Virus record (IMG/VR): IMGVR_UViG_3300019360_000011
Location: 1 to 54,593 of that record
Reading direction: 5' to 3' (one strand)
DNA length: 54,593 nt
DNA from: a virus
Taxonomy: Duplodnaviria; Caudoviricetes
This document shows, one piece after another, positions 17,809 to 26,721 of this stretch. The translations under genes were made by a program, and so were the position numbers. Below the pieces are notes generated by a model. The model saw only the letters and a program-made list of their open reading frames with translations, was not told where the DNA came from and did not search any database. Numbering within the stretch: position 1 is the stretch's first letter; each line of letters opens with the position of its first letter.

Positions 17809-18575
17809 CGCTTCTTCCTCTTCTCCTGCTCGGTTCGTACAGCCGCCTTGACGCTCGGCGTAAAGTCGCCGCGCATGAGCCAGTCGAGGTACCCGTCATC
17901 ACACTGAGAGAGCGGCTTGCCGATGTTCTTCTGGCCGAAGTTGACTACCGGCTCTCCGTGCTTGTAGATCAGCTTAGAGTCGGGGTCGATCGCCCCGTCA
18001 GCGGGCTCCTCGAAGTATGTGCGATAGAGCTCTTCCATGCTGTCCGAGAGACCGTAGCGCTCGCGCTGTGCCTGGATCACGCGGAGCGTCATGCGTACGT
18101 CAGCCATCGCGTCGTGGGCACCCTCGTGCTTCTCGCCGAGGTAGAACTGCGCTGCCGCCGTGAGATTCCTCGGCTCGTGACGGTTGAAGATTCGGTATCC
18201 GTCCAGGATACGACCGTTTAGATACTGCTCGGGACGACCACCGACGCGTCTGAACTCACTGGCGAGCACGTCCAGGTCGAAACGCACGTTGTACCCACAG
18301 AAGTCACACCCTTTCAGTCCGCTGGCGAGCTTCGTAACGAGCATCTCGAAGGTCGGAGCGTCTGCGACCATAGCGTCGGTCACGCCATGGATCGCCGTGA
18401 CCTCAGGAGCGATGGGAATCCCCGGGTTGACCAGAGTCTGCCACTCCGTCGTGCTGCTGTTGGGGTACATCTTGACTACTGCGATCTGGACGATACGGTC
18501 AGTCTTTCGACTCGGCCCGGTGGTCTCGAGGTCCAGACCGACCAGAGGACAGTTCAGGTCAAGACCGAGATTCAT
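17805..18575 (-). CDS. DEDDh 3'-5' exonuclease (Pol III epsilon/ExoX-like)
   Basis: DLETTG, GYNVRFD, HDAMAD, C-terminal FGQKNIG...YLDW. Confidence 0.9.
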   Translation of the reverse strand: MNLGLDLNCPLVGLDLETTGPSRKTDRIVQIAVVKMYPNSSTTEWQTLVNPGIPIAPEVTAIHGVTDAMVADAPTFEMLVTKLASGLKGCDFCGYNVRFDLDVLASEFRRVGGRPEQYLNGRILDGYRIFNRHEPRNLTAAAQFYLGEKHEGAHDAMADVRMTLRVIQAQRERYGLSDSMEELYRTYFEEPADGAIDPDSKLIYKHGEPVVNFGQKNIGKPLSQCDDGYLDWLMRGDFTPSVKAAVRTEQEKRKKR

Positions 18576-18931
18576 CGCCGCATCGCCTCTACGATAGCTT
18601 GGACCAGCTCGCTAAGATAGAGGAAGACGTAGTTCTCAGCAGGCTTGTCATTCTGCGACAGCATCATCCATATCTGGCCGCTGGCTCCGAACTTGATCAT
18701 CCCGGAGTAGCCGACACGCCCGAGACGGCCGATAGTGAGCGCCTGAATCCCACGAGTCTTTCCACCAAAAGCCTTGAGCTCCAGCCAGAACGTTCTGCCG
18801 TGCCAGGTGACGCTGATGTCCGGTATCCCGGCGGTCATCACGTCTTCGTGCCGAAAGACGACAGAACCCGGCATCGCCTGGCGTAGCGCCTTGGCCAGCT
18901 GAGCCTGGAGCGTCTTCTCGTTCTTCTTCAT
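18572..18931 (-). CDS. PD-(D/E)xK nuclease (VRR-NUC/resolvase-like)
   Basis: NEK, AGIPDI, WLELK, Q. Confidence 0.75.
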   Translation of the reverse strand: MKKNEKTLQAQLAKALRQAMPGSVVFRHEDVMTAGIPDISVTWHGRTFWLELKAFGGKTRGIQALTIGRLGRVGYSGMIKFGASGQIWMMLSQNDKPAENYVFLYLSELVQAIVEAMRR

Positions 18932-19215
18932 CGAGACGCGGCGAGACGGTCCATCTTCATCTGCTCGGCCGCGTCGATCACCTCGTCGAGAAGTCCGGTC
19001 TCGAGACGACGGATCTCTCGGTCGATGTACCAGCGCGCTTTCTTGAGGTCCTCCAGGACCGGAGCGTCGCTCTTCTTCCCGAGACGCCACAGATACTTGG
19101 TGGCAGAGTAGATGAAGGCGTTCTCGACCCACCCGAGCGCCTCGGCGACCTTGACGTGCTCGAACTGACTGGTCGCGCCTCCGTAGTGCAGCGGGTGGTC
19201 GACTCGTTGGGTCAT
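18928..19215 (-). CDS. DUF3310-like protein
   Basis: VDHPLHY, KYLWR.GKK, EDLKKARWY. Confidence 0.85.
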   Translation of the reverse strand: MTQRVDHPLHYGGATSQFEHVKVAEALGWVENAFIYSATKYLWRLGKKSDAPVLEDLKKARWYIDREIRRLETGLLDEVIDAAEQMKMDRLAASR

Positions 19216-20210
19216 AGCGTGCTCCTCGTCTCTTGGAAATGATACTTGCGGCGTCGCTCTAGCCACTCGATGCTCGCACGACACCAGTCCGCCTTCTCGT
19301 GCGTCCTGAGACTGCTGACGATGTCGTCGATCGGGTCTCCCACCCGGTATCGCCGGTGAGCGTCGAGAGTTGCTCGGAACACCTCAGCACCTCTCGGCAC
19401 AGGTTGATCAGAATGCGGTCCGTAGATCGCCTCTCGACACAGGCTGTGGATGCTGAGATGGAGCTCGTCCTTCATCGGGGTAGGACGGACCAGATGTTCG
19501 TACGGGTTTGGATCGCGGAGAGACAGATCCCACAGGTTGGCGATCGTCTTGGTGTACGCATGATAGTTGACGCTCACCTGGGTATATGTGCCGACCTCAC
19601 ACCCGATGAGGCAGGCTACGTACTCCTGCATCATGGAGAAGTGTACGAGGTTGGCGCCGTAGGCACCCCAGACGATGTCGTTGCTACGGCAGAACACGAC
19701 CATGTCCAGACGACCAGCGATGTCTCGCTGGAGAGTCGCGGTGAGGTTGCACGGGACGTCTTTCCCCCACCGTGCCCGGTCCAGATCGTTCGCTGCGTCC
19801 CACATCTGCAGCACCGACCGACGGTCGTCCGGGTTATGACGGAGCCGCCAGGCGATGCGAGACAGCTGGTCCAGACCGAAGTGTGCCCGCCACCGCTTTC
19901 CGTAAGCACCGTGGAGGGTCACCCCATCGTCGCTGTACTCGCGCATCTGCTTGACGTAGCTCAGCAGCGGCGCGAGATCATCTCTGCCGGAGAGCATCCA
20001 GAGAGCCTCGTAGAGGTGGAAAAACGGATTGGCGTCCCTCTCCGGCCAGAAGATGACGCGCTCGATCGGGCAGCTGTAGACCGTCGTCACCGGCCCAGGG
20101 GCCAGAACGACCTCACCGTTGCGACTCGTGCGGTACTGCCCGCATGACCGGAGGAGGTTCACACCAGCGGCCAGGGCCTCGTGTCCGTTTCGTACGCTAA
20201 GGACCTTCAC
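19212..20210 (-). CDS. Thymidylate synthase homologue, probable dUMP hydroxymethylase
   Basis: DANPFF, DVPCN (catalytic Cys), RSND, GANLVHFS (Asn at the dUMP-specificity position), NYHAY; context of hypermodification genes. Confidence 0.85.
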   Translation of the reverse strand: MKVLSVRNGHEALAAGVNLLRSCGQYRTSRNGEVVLAPGPVTTVYSCPIERVIFWPERDANPFFHLYEALWMLSGRDDLAPLLSYVKQMREYSDDGVTLHGAYGKRWRAHFGLDQLSRIAWRLRHNPDDRRSVLQMWDAANDLDRARWGKDVPCNLTATLQRDIAGRLDMVVFCRSNDIVWGAYGANLVHFSMMQEYVACLIGCEVGTYTQVSVNYHAYTKTIANLWDLSLRDPNPYEHLVRPTPMKDELHLSIHSLCREAIYGPHSDQPVPRGAEVFRATLDAHRRYRVGDPIDDIVSSLRTHEKADWCRASIEWLERRRKYHFQETRSTL

Positions 20211-20602
20211 AGGTAGACCTCGCCCTGGTATCGCAGGGCCGTGACGAGCCTCTCGACATGGCTCTTGGTCTTTGAAGACATGATGATCTCGTCTCCACGG
20301 AGTAGCGTCGAGAGCGACTGAGCCCGGTTGAAACCAGCCATCTTGGCGAGCTCCTCTCTCGTGAGACGTGAGCCCAGTATCGCTGTCCTGAACGTCTCGG
20401 TCAGCTTGACACGAGGATCGATCTTTCGTCCCTGCCCACGGCGATTCCCGTGGTGCCCGTTCTTCAGCTTGAAGTGCTTGGAGAGAGCTGACTGGACGAT
20501 GAGAGACAGAGAGGCTCCACGACGATTCGCCTCTTTGTCTAGCGCGTTGCGGAGCGACCTGGTGATGAAGGCTCCAAGAAAGACGTCCCGCCGCTCGCTC
20601 AA
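20207..20602 (-). CDS. Transcription regulator, ribbon-helix-helix plus HTH
   Basis: N-terminal Arc/CopG-like beta-helix-helix; C-terminal LTREELAKMAG..AQSLSTLLRG HTH. Confidence 0.6.
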   Translation of the reverse strand: MSERRDVFLGAFITRSLRNALDKEANRRGASLSLIVQSALSKHFKLKNGHHGNRRGQGRKIDPRVKLTETFRTAILGSRLTREELAKMAGFNRAQSLSTLLRGDEIIMSSKTKSHVERLVTALRYQGEVYL

Positions 20603-21426
20603 GGGTATCTCCTCTTCAGACGGTCTCCTCTCAGTGCGCGCTCGTACTTGTCAAACTCGCAGGCCCAGTGCTCGACCTCTCGCATCTCCCAGTGCCGCCA
20701 GGCAGCTGGCCAGTAGAGCGTATCTCGACTATAGGCGAGCAGGGTCTGCATCAGGTCGAGCATCTCGGCCTGCCCGGAGGCTGAGCCGTAGTGGAAATGG
20801 TTCGGGTCATCGCGCAGCACTCTCCCGAGCCCGCGCGCGCATCCCGGGCCTGCCGCAGCCCACGTCATTCGGTCTTCGGCGTCCGCCAGAACAGGAGTCC
20901 AGCGCAGGTCAGAGACGACCTCGTAGGCCATGAAGGACCCGAAGCACTGCAAGGCCTGTAGCTCCCGCCAAGACTCCCTGAGACTGGAACCGATCTCGAG
21001 CTTCGGGATCAGACGCCGTGCCTTACCGAGGCACTGCAAGATCCCATCCAGCTTGTTCATCCCCCACGGGGAGTTGATGATGTAGGCTCCGGTCGTCAGT
21101 GGCCTGACGTCCTTGAGCCGCTTACGAACCACGTGTGTGTCCCAGGTACCAGAGACGAGAAAGTCTCTGATCAGCTGCCCGGTCTCGATCCTGTTGAACC
21201 ATCGGAACGCGACCGTGGAGAAGACCGCGGTCTCTCTCGTCAGATGAGATCTCACGTTCTCACGGAACCAGACCGTCGTCTTGTCGTCTTCTCGATGAAC
21301 GTTACAGAACCGCCAGGCAGAGAGGATGGGGTCGGTCGTCCACGGGACGTCCTCTCCCGCGAACCGTCGGAGCTTCATCCGGTATCTCTCGCGAGCGGTC
21401 GCGAAGAATCGGTCGATCAGGACCAC
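20599..21426 (-). CDS. aGPT-Pplase1-type protein (5-hmdU DNA kinase helical domain)
   Basis: ER...PWTTDPIL..WRFCNVHREDD, FRWFN, FMAYEVVSDL, GPG..RGL, EHWACEFDKY. Confidence 0.85.
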   Translation of the reverse strand: MVLIDRFFATARERYRMKLRRFAGEDVPWTTDPILSAWRFCNVHREDDKTTVWFRENVRSHLTRETAVFSTVAFRWFNRIETGQLIRDFLVSGTWDTHVVRKRLKDVRPLTTGAYIINSPWGMNKLDGILQCLGKARRLIPKLEIGSSLRESWRELQALQCFGSFMAYEVVSDLRWTPVLADAEDRMTWAAAGPGCARGLGRVLRDDPNHFHYGSASGQAEMLDLMQTLLAYSRDTLYWPAAWRHWEMREVEHWACEFDKYERALRGDRLKRRYP

Positions 21427-21980
21427 CCGAGTGCTCCCAGAGCGCGCACCGCCGCGAGGTCACGGTCTTGAAACTTCTCGACGGCCACGTTGTTCGTACG
21501 CAGGTGCTCGGCGTTCCTCAGGGTATCGCGCGCGCGGCCGATGGTATTCTTCGGGTTGAGCGGACGTGTGTCACCACGCGCCTCACGTCGCGCACGAATC
21601 CCCTCGAGACACATCTCGATCGGCACGTCCAGGACGATGATGAGTGTTGGAAATCTGGCGGCAGCGGCTGCCGCTCGTCTCCAGTCGCTCTGGACCAGCG
21701 CGCCACCCTCGTAGATGACGTCGTACCCACGCTCGGCGGCTCCGTTCACCTGAGCATAGATGTCGTCGATCCGGTCGATCGTGTCGGCGCCACCGCAGCG
21801 TGTCTCGTAGTGCCCGACGACCCAGAGGTTCGGGCCACCGTCGGCACGGTAACACGTGTAACCGTAGGGCTGCTTGCGGCCGGGCGTCATGGCCGGATCG
21901 CGCTCGGCGTAGCGTTCCATGACCTTACGGACGATCGTGGACTTGCCTGAGCCAAAGGTACCGCGAGGGTTGACGATCAT
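21417..21980 (-). CDS. P-loop nucleotide kinase of hypermodification clusters
   Basis: RGTFGSGKST, GHYETRCGGADTI, YEG, C...IRARR. Confidence 0.8.
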   Translation of the reverse strand: MIVNPRGTFGSGKSTIVRKVMERYAERDPAMTPGRKQPYGYTCYRADGGPNLWVVGHYETRCGGADTIDRIDDIYAQVNGAAERGYDVIYEGGALVQSDWRRAAAAAARFPTLIIVLDVPIEMCLEGIRARREARGDTRPLNPKNTIGRARDTLRNAEHLRTNNVAVEKFQDRDLAAVRALGALGWS

Positions 21981-21994
21981 TTGACGAGGCCTCT

Positions 21995-22023
21995 CTTATA
22001 CCTAATTTTAAGGTCAAAGTAAA
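21995..22023 (-). promoter_or_regulatory. Sigma70-like promoter with operator box in its spacer
   Basis: TTTACT-17bp-TATAAG; box CCTAATTTTAAGG at 22001-22013. Confidence 0.7.
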
Positions 22024-22631
22024 GTGTTTTTTGGAGTGTAGATCACGCCACCACCGTTCTGCGTAGCGTCGAGCGTATCGACGAGCTGGTTGAAGCGCGC
22101 TAAGAAGAGATCCTCCGCCTCTGACCAGTCCATCTTGGCCCTCCATCCTGTCTCGGCGAAGACGCGTCCTAGAACTTCTTCCTCCTCCAACGAGACAGGA
22201 GGATACCCCGGAACGCCGAGACCTGCCGTATCGAAGGCATTGTGGTACTCGTAGCGGACCATTGTCTTGTCCCCGTGCTCGACGCCAGGGTCGAGCGCGA
22301 CAGGACACCCGAATCGGGCGTAGATCTGCCGCTGGAGGTCGTCTTCTACCCGGCGATAGAACTCCATCTCCGGGACGCTCTTCAGCCACTTCGTCATGTC
22401 GCCGACGTATGCCTCAGCCGCATCGTGGAGGAGGCCCTGGAGCGGCGGCACGCCGGGGAGAAGAGAGACCCCGACGGAGTGCTGGGCGACGCTGATCGGC
22501 CACCGGCTGTGCCCGGCGAACCGATTGCACAGCGCGAGCGCATGGGCGATGTCAGTGATGACGATGTCGTCGAGCGTCATCGCCGTCGGGTCCACCCGAC
22601 GACCCGAGTGTGTCGTGATGAACGGCTTCAC
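22014..22631 (-). CDS. HD-domain 5'-deoxynucleotidase (YfbR-like)
   Basis: DIAHAL...RFAGH, SVAQHS, LLHDAAEAY.GD. Confidence 0.85.
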   Translation of the reverse strand: MKPFITTHSGRRVDPTAMTLDDIVITDIAHALALCNRFAGHSRWPISVAQHSVGVSLLPGVPPLQGLLHDAAEAYVGDMTKWLKSVPEMEFYRRVEDDLQRQIYARFGCPVALDPGVEHGDKTMVRYEYHNAFDTAGLGVPGYPPVSLEEEEVLGRVFAETGWRAKMDWSEAEDLFLARFNQLVDTLDATQNGGGVIYTPKNTLL

Positions 22632-23074
22632 GGTACCTCCTCGAGAAGGAACTGCTCAAATGCCTTGTTCTTCAGGAGTTGATGGCCTCGAGCCTCTCGA
22701 GCCACGATGATGAGATCCTTCGGTGACTGACCAGTATGGTACATCAGGGCCAGGACACCGATCAGCGCGCTCCGGTTCCACCCGCTGTCACAGTGGACCA
22801 AGACCGCGTGATACGGGAGTCGACTCGCGACATCCTTAGCGATCGTCCTCACGAGGAATCGATCCATCTTGTTCCCAGAGTCGTGGAGCGGGACGTGACG
22901 ATACTCGATGCCGACAGTCCTGCAGCCTCCAGCCAGAATGGGGTCGTTGATCAGCGCCACGTTCACGACCATCTGGATCTGTCGCTCAGCGAGAGCAGCG
23001 AGTACTCGCTCCGTGTCGATGTGCCTGGTGTGCGGCCGGATGAAGAGTCGGGGATGTAGCGCGTAGAAGTTCAT
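22628..23074 (-). CDS. Dual-specificity/tyrosine-phosphatase-like protein
   Basis: VLVHCDSGWNRS (CX5R) and upstream PLHD acid loop. Confidence 0.85.
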   Translation of the reverse strand: MNFYALHPRLFIRPHTRHIDTERVLAALAERQIQMVVNVALINDPILAGGCRTVGIEYRHVPLHDSGNKMDRFLVRTIAKDVASRLPYHAVLVHCDSGWNRSALIGVLALMYHTGQSPKDLIIVAREARGHQLLKNKAFEQFLLEEVP

Positions 23075-24066
23075 GGCGTCCCTCGCTTGACAGGGTTGGA
23101 AAAGTCGGTGGTGGCTCTGTAGTCGTAGAGCCCGTCGGACCAGGTGTAACCATGAGCCGAGAGGACTCGACCCAGGTTCTTCAGCCTCTCGCTCGGATCC
23201 CAGCCCTGTATCTCTCCGAGAGCCCAGACCGGAGAGAGCAGAGGACGGACACGCATGTGATCCGTACGGCGTTCTCCCCAGTACTCGGCGACCGTTCGCT
23301 CGTAGGCGAGCTCGCTGTCGAGAGAACGCCCAGGGAACTGACGCTTCGTGCTGAAGCTGGTCTTGTACTCGCAGAGGAGGACCTCCAGCTCGAAGTAAGA
23401 CATCTCTGGGTACATCGCCTTGAGGATACCGGCCCGCTCGTTGGCAAAGTATAGAGCAGACGGAGAGTCGTCATGCACGTCGTAAGACGCGACGTCTGAG
23501 CCGAAGATCAGGTTGAGCCCAGCACGAGGACTCCATCCGCCCTTCGGTCTGATGTCTCTCACAGGTGCAGAAGCCAGCCCAAGACGATACCAGATCTCGC
23601 AGAGCTTGGTCGCCGCGTAACGCCCGACGTGAGGGAGCCGCATGGCGAAGCGCCAGAGCTCATCGAATGACATCCGGTGCATCTCTCCCGACATTGCGGC
23701 GTCAGTCGTCGGGTCAACCCCGTCACAATAGTCGAGGAAGCGATCTCCGTGCGTCGGGTCCAGCCCAACAGTCTTGCGTTCTCGTCTGAACCGGATACCA
23801 TCCCAGTGCTCCCGGACCCACGCGTGGAGCTCAGAAGGACGAGGTGGGGTTGGAAACCGTGTCCAGATGGCCTCGGCGGACGGGACGTTGTACACGCCGA
23901 CGTATAGCGCGGCGCGCCAGACCTTCTCGACGAGCGGGAGGTCTTTGCAGAGGTAGACCACCGCACGCATGTGCGGATCTGGACCACCAGTCAAGCGCTC
24001 GTAGTGACAGAACTCATTGAAGAACTTGAGATGGTTCACCACACCATCCTCGAGAATTTTCGTCAT
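23071..24066 (-). CDS. aGPT-Pplase2-type amino acid:DNA transferase
   Basis: TGGPDP, RRERK, VGRY, ELEVLLCEYK, FPG motifs; ATGA-coupled to the polymerase. Confidence 0.7.
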   Translation of the reverse strand: MTKILEDGVVNHLKFFNEFCHYERLTGGPDPHMRAVVYLCKDLPLVEKVWRAALYVGVYNVPSAEAIWTRFPTPPRPSELHAWVREHWDGIRFRRERKTVGLDPTHGDRFLDYCDGVDPTTDAAMSGEMHRMSFDELWRFAMRLPHVGRYAATKLCEIWYRLGLASAPVRDIRPKGGWSPRAGLNLIFGSDVASYDVHDDSPSALYFANERAGILKAMYPEMSYFELEVLLCEYKTSFSTKRQFPGRSLDSELAYERTVAEYWGERRTDHMRVRPLLSPVWALGEIQGWDPSERLKNLGRVLSAHGYTWSDGLYDYRATTDFSNPVKRGTP

Positions 24067-25895
24067 GCTGCTTTCGCCTCCTGCCAATTCTCTCCGACGC
24101 CGACCGCCCAGAGGAGCGGCACGACGGTCTTCAAGACCTGTGTGTTCAAGATCTCCTCGACCATCCGTGCTGCCTCACGATCAGGCACATCCCCGTTGAC
24201 CTCATCGTGGACGAGGAAGCGAAGCTTGAACCCGGTCTTCTTCCTCGCTCGGTGCAGCATCAGAGCCTTCGTCTTCATCTCGTCGGCGGCAGAACCCTGG
24301 ACGACGCCGTTGAGCGCGGCGTAGGTCGGCATCCCCGGTGGAAATCGGCGACGACGACCGAGCTTCGTCTTCACGTAACCCCGGGACTCTGCCAGGCTCG
24401 AGGTGTACCGGAGGAGGCGCTCCGCCTCGGGGAAGGCGCGGTCGTACACCGCGATGAACCTCTTAGCCTCGCTCTCCCTCAAACCGAGCATCCGAGCGAT
24501 CTTCTTGAGCTGCGCTCCGTAGATCTTCGCGAAGTTCGTGTCTTTCGTCTTCTCCCTGGTGACGCTCGGGAAGATTGGCTTGATCATCTCGTTCATCACG
24601 ATGTTATGGAAATCCGTCCTCGGGTCACGAGCGTATGCCGCCAGGACCTTTGGAGGCTTAGCGTAGTCGGCGAAGAGACGATACTCGATCTGCTCGGCAT
24701 CGGCCGACAACCAGAGTCCCTCACCGGGGACGAAGAGCTCCCGAACGATATAGCCTTGGAGCTCCGTGTCGTTCCCTACCGACTGGAGCTGCTTCTTGCC
24801 AGCCACCTGCTGGATGTTGACGCCTTCGTCCGGGTCCGTCCCGAAGGAGCTGCTGGAGTATCGCCCGCTGCGTGTTCCGCCCTCATCGTCTATCGGCATC
24901 TGATGGAGGCTGTAACGCAGGATCCCGTTTCGGCGTAGCTCCTCCCGATACCTCACTAGAAACTTGCTTCGCAGGCTGGCCAGCGATCGGGCGCGGTTCA
25001 CGAGGTTGACGACCGGGTGGTCGACCTCGCGCATACGCGCGCGACTGAAGGAGATCTTCCCCACCTCTTCCGGGTCGTCGCTGATCGGAGGTGGCAGCTG
25101 TAGGTGCTCGAAGAGACGGATCATGTCAGGACGAGAACGCACGTTGATGTTTAGACCGGTCAGTCGATGGATCTCCCAGAGGGTTGCGACGTAGTCCTGC
25201 TCTGAGCGTGTGAGCCAGAGGTCGAGCTTCTCCTCGTTCAATGGAGCGCCGTTCCTCATCATGTCACAGGTCACGTAGACCAGCTCGTCCTCAAGCTCTC
25301 GGACTGCCTCGAGACCCTCCTGCTGCATGACCGGGCGAAACTTCGCCAAGAGCTCCACACAGAGGAGCGTGTCGCGACGTGCGTACTCAGCCACGTCTGC
25401 AGCATGGTAGTCCCGCATCCGACTCTTGTTCAACCCGACGTCGAGCTTCCCGTAACCGAGATAGTGCTTGGAGACAGCGTCGAGACTCGTCCGTGTCCGA
25501 GTGTCGTCAATCAGAGCAGCGTGGTTCCCGACGTCCATCAGTCGGCAGCCCTGTGCCTCTAGGTCGATGCCCCAGGCATAGGCCATGTTGACGTCAAAGG
25601 GGAGGTTGAACCCGATGACAGTCTTGTCACGCAGCTCCTGTCGCATCCATCGCTTGATGGAGCTCTCGTCAAGATTTCCACCAGCGTGTCCAGTCGGTAG
25701 ATACCAGCTTCGTCCATCGGCAGTGGCGACAGCGACCCCGACGGGGAGGTCTCCGCCCCACCACCGAAGACCGGTGGTCTCTAGGTCAAGATAGACCTCT
25801 GAGACTCCGGAGAGGTCCGGCGGGCTCTGAGGACGCCAGTCGCCGGGGTCGGTGGCCGGGGCGATCTCGAAGAGGCTACGCTGGGCGGGCGGCAC
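24063..25895 (-). CDS. polA: Family A DNA polymerase with 3'-5' exonuclease
   Basis: DLETTG, FN..FD, YA..D exonuclease motifs; SGRYSS; DAEQIEYR, REKTKDTNFAKIYG and VHDE motifs A-C. Confidence 0.95.
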   Translation of the reverse strand: MPPAQRSLFEIAPATDPGDWRPQSPPDLSGVSEVYLDLETTGLRWWGGDLPVGVAVATADGRSWYLPTGHAGGNLDESSIKRWMRQELRDKTVIGFNLPFDVNMAYAWGIDLEAQGCRLMDVGNHAALIDDTRTRTSLDAVSKHYLGYGKLDVGLNKSRMRDYHAADVAEYARRDTLLCVELLAKFRPVMQQEGLEAVRELEDELVYVTCDMMRNGAPLNEEKLDLWLTRSEQDYVATLWEIHRLTGLNINVRSRPDMIRLFEHLQLPPPISDDPEEVGKISFSRARMREVDHPVVNLVNRARSLASLRSKFLVRYREELRRNGILRYSLHQMPIDDEGGTRSGRYSSSSFGTDPDEGVNIQQVAGKKQLQSVGNDTELQGYIVRELFVPGEGLWLSADAEQIEYRLFADYAKPPKVLAAYARDPRTDFHNIVMNEMIKPIFPSVTREKTKDTNFAKIYGAQLKKIARMLGLRESEAKRFIAVYDRAFPEAERLLRYTSSLAESRGYVKTKLGRRRRFPPGMPTYAALNGVVQGSAADEMKTKALMLHRARKKTGFKLRFLVHDEVNGDVPDREAARMVEEILNTQVLKTVVPLLWAVGVGENWQEAKAA

Positions 25896-25899
25896 AGGC

Positions 25900-25933
25900 C
25901 CTAAATTAAAGGTCAGACTGATGGAAAAGTAAA
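25900..25933 (-). promoter_or_regulatory. Sigma70-like polymerase promoter overlapped by operator box
   Basis: TTTACT-17bp-TTTAAT; box CCTAAATTAAAGG at 25900-25912. Confidence 0.65.
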
Positions 25934-25974
25934 GAAAAAAGTATGAGGCCCGGCGGTTAGGTCCGCCGGGCCTC
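25931..25974 (-). terminator. Rho-independent terminator
   Basis: 12-bp GC stem 25945-25956/25963-25974 followed on the minus strand by ATACTTTTTTCTTT. Confidence 0.8.
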
Positions 25975-26013
25975 TATCGACGAGGGGTTTAGGAACCCCC
26001 TGCCGAGCTGCGC

Positions 26014-26346
26014 CTACTTCCGGGGAGCCGGGATCGAGCGCACGTCGAACTCGTCCGGCCGAACCGCGCCGAACCGCGCGGGCTTGCCCCAACCCGCCGC
26101 GAGCTGCTTGTTGACCAGGGAGTCGATCGCGGACTTCGCGGCGGTCAGGTCGGTGTGGGTCTGGGTCACGCCACGCTTGCCGCGCGGACGCTTGCCGTCG
26201 GAGCCCTTCGCGGGCCGGTAGAAGACGTAGCTCTCGGTCTTGCCGTTCTTGGTCTTGGCCTGAAACTTGAGCTCGCTGCCGACGCCGTCCACCAGCCGCG
26301 CGCTGTACGAGTCCGACGCCTTCTTGGCCTTCTCTTCCTTCGCCAT
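26014..26346 (-). CDS. Basic WGR-like protein
   Basis: Beta-meander, G.TQTH, helix ending AAGW; paralogue of 28172..28597. Confidence 0.55.
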   Translation of the reverse strand: MAKEEKAKKASDSYSARLVDGVGSELKFQAKTKNGKTESYVFYRPAKGSDGKRPRGKRGVTQTHTDLTAAKSAIDSLVNKQLAAGWGKPARFGAVRPDEFDVRSIPAPRK

Positions 26347-26653
26347 TGGCTTACCTCGTCTGTCCTTAGCGGTCGACGGTCATCGCCGACCCAACACCAC
26401 TAGGCTACCTCATCTCTCGCCAGGCGCAAAGGAGTTTCTTCCGAGCTCGGAGGACGACCGAGGTCCTCCCGCCCGCGCGTGGGTCGACACGGCCGGGCGT
26501 CGTCGCGGTGGCCCAAAACCCGACTCCCAGCTCCCTCCAGGCGGAGTCGTACGGCCAGAGACGAGGGTAGTGTCTGGGCCGACTAGCGCCAGGAGCGCCT
26601 GGACGATTTGGCCGGTAAGTCGTTGACAGCCATGTAGATAAAAAATAACGAGG

Positions 26654-26700
26654 GGCGTCGGTTTTTCCCTTGCCTCCTACCTTTAATTTAGGTATGATGA
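26654..26700 (+). promoter_or_regulatory. Early promoter, copy 1
   Basis: TTGCCT-17bp-TATGAT; box CCTTTAATTTAGG at 26680-26692; near-identical to 28781-28826. Confidence 0.85.
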
Positions 26701-26721
26701 TACCAGGAGGCAAGAGAAGAG

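Noticed and set aside
19212-20210. dCMP hydroxymethylase or ordinary ThyA
   Set aside because: Asn rather than Asp at the specificity position argues against dCMP; divergent motifs and neighbours argue against plain ThyA, though this is not proven
22014-22631. DatZ of a 2-aminoadenine (Z) genome
   Set aside because: No PurZ homologue seen; the context points to thymidine modification
26400-26720. Lysogeny switch at the divergent junction
   Set aside because: No integrase, CI/Cro pair or partition genes recognised; temperate lifestyle unsupported
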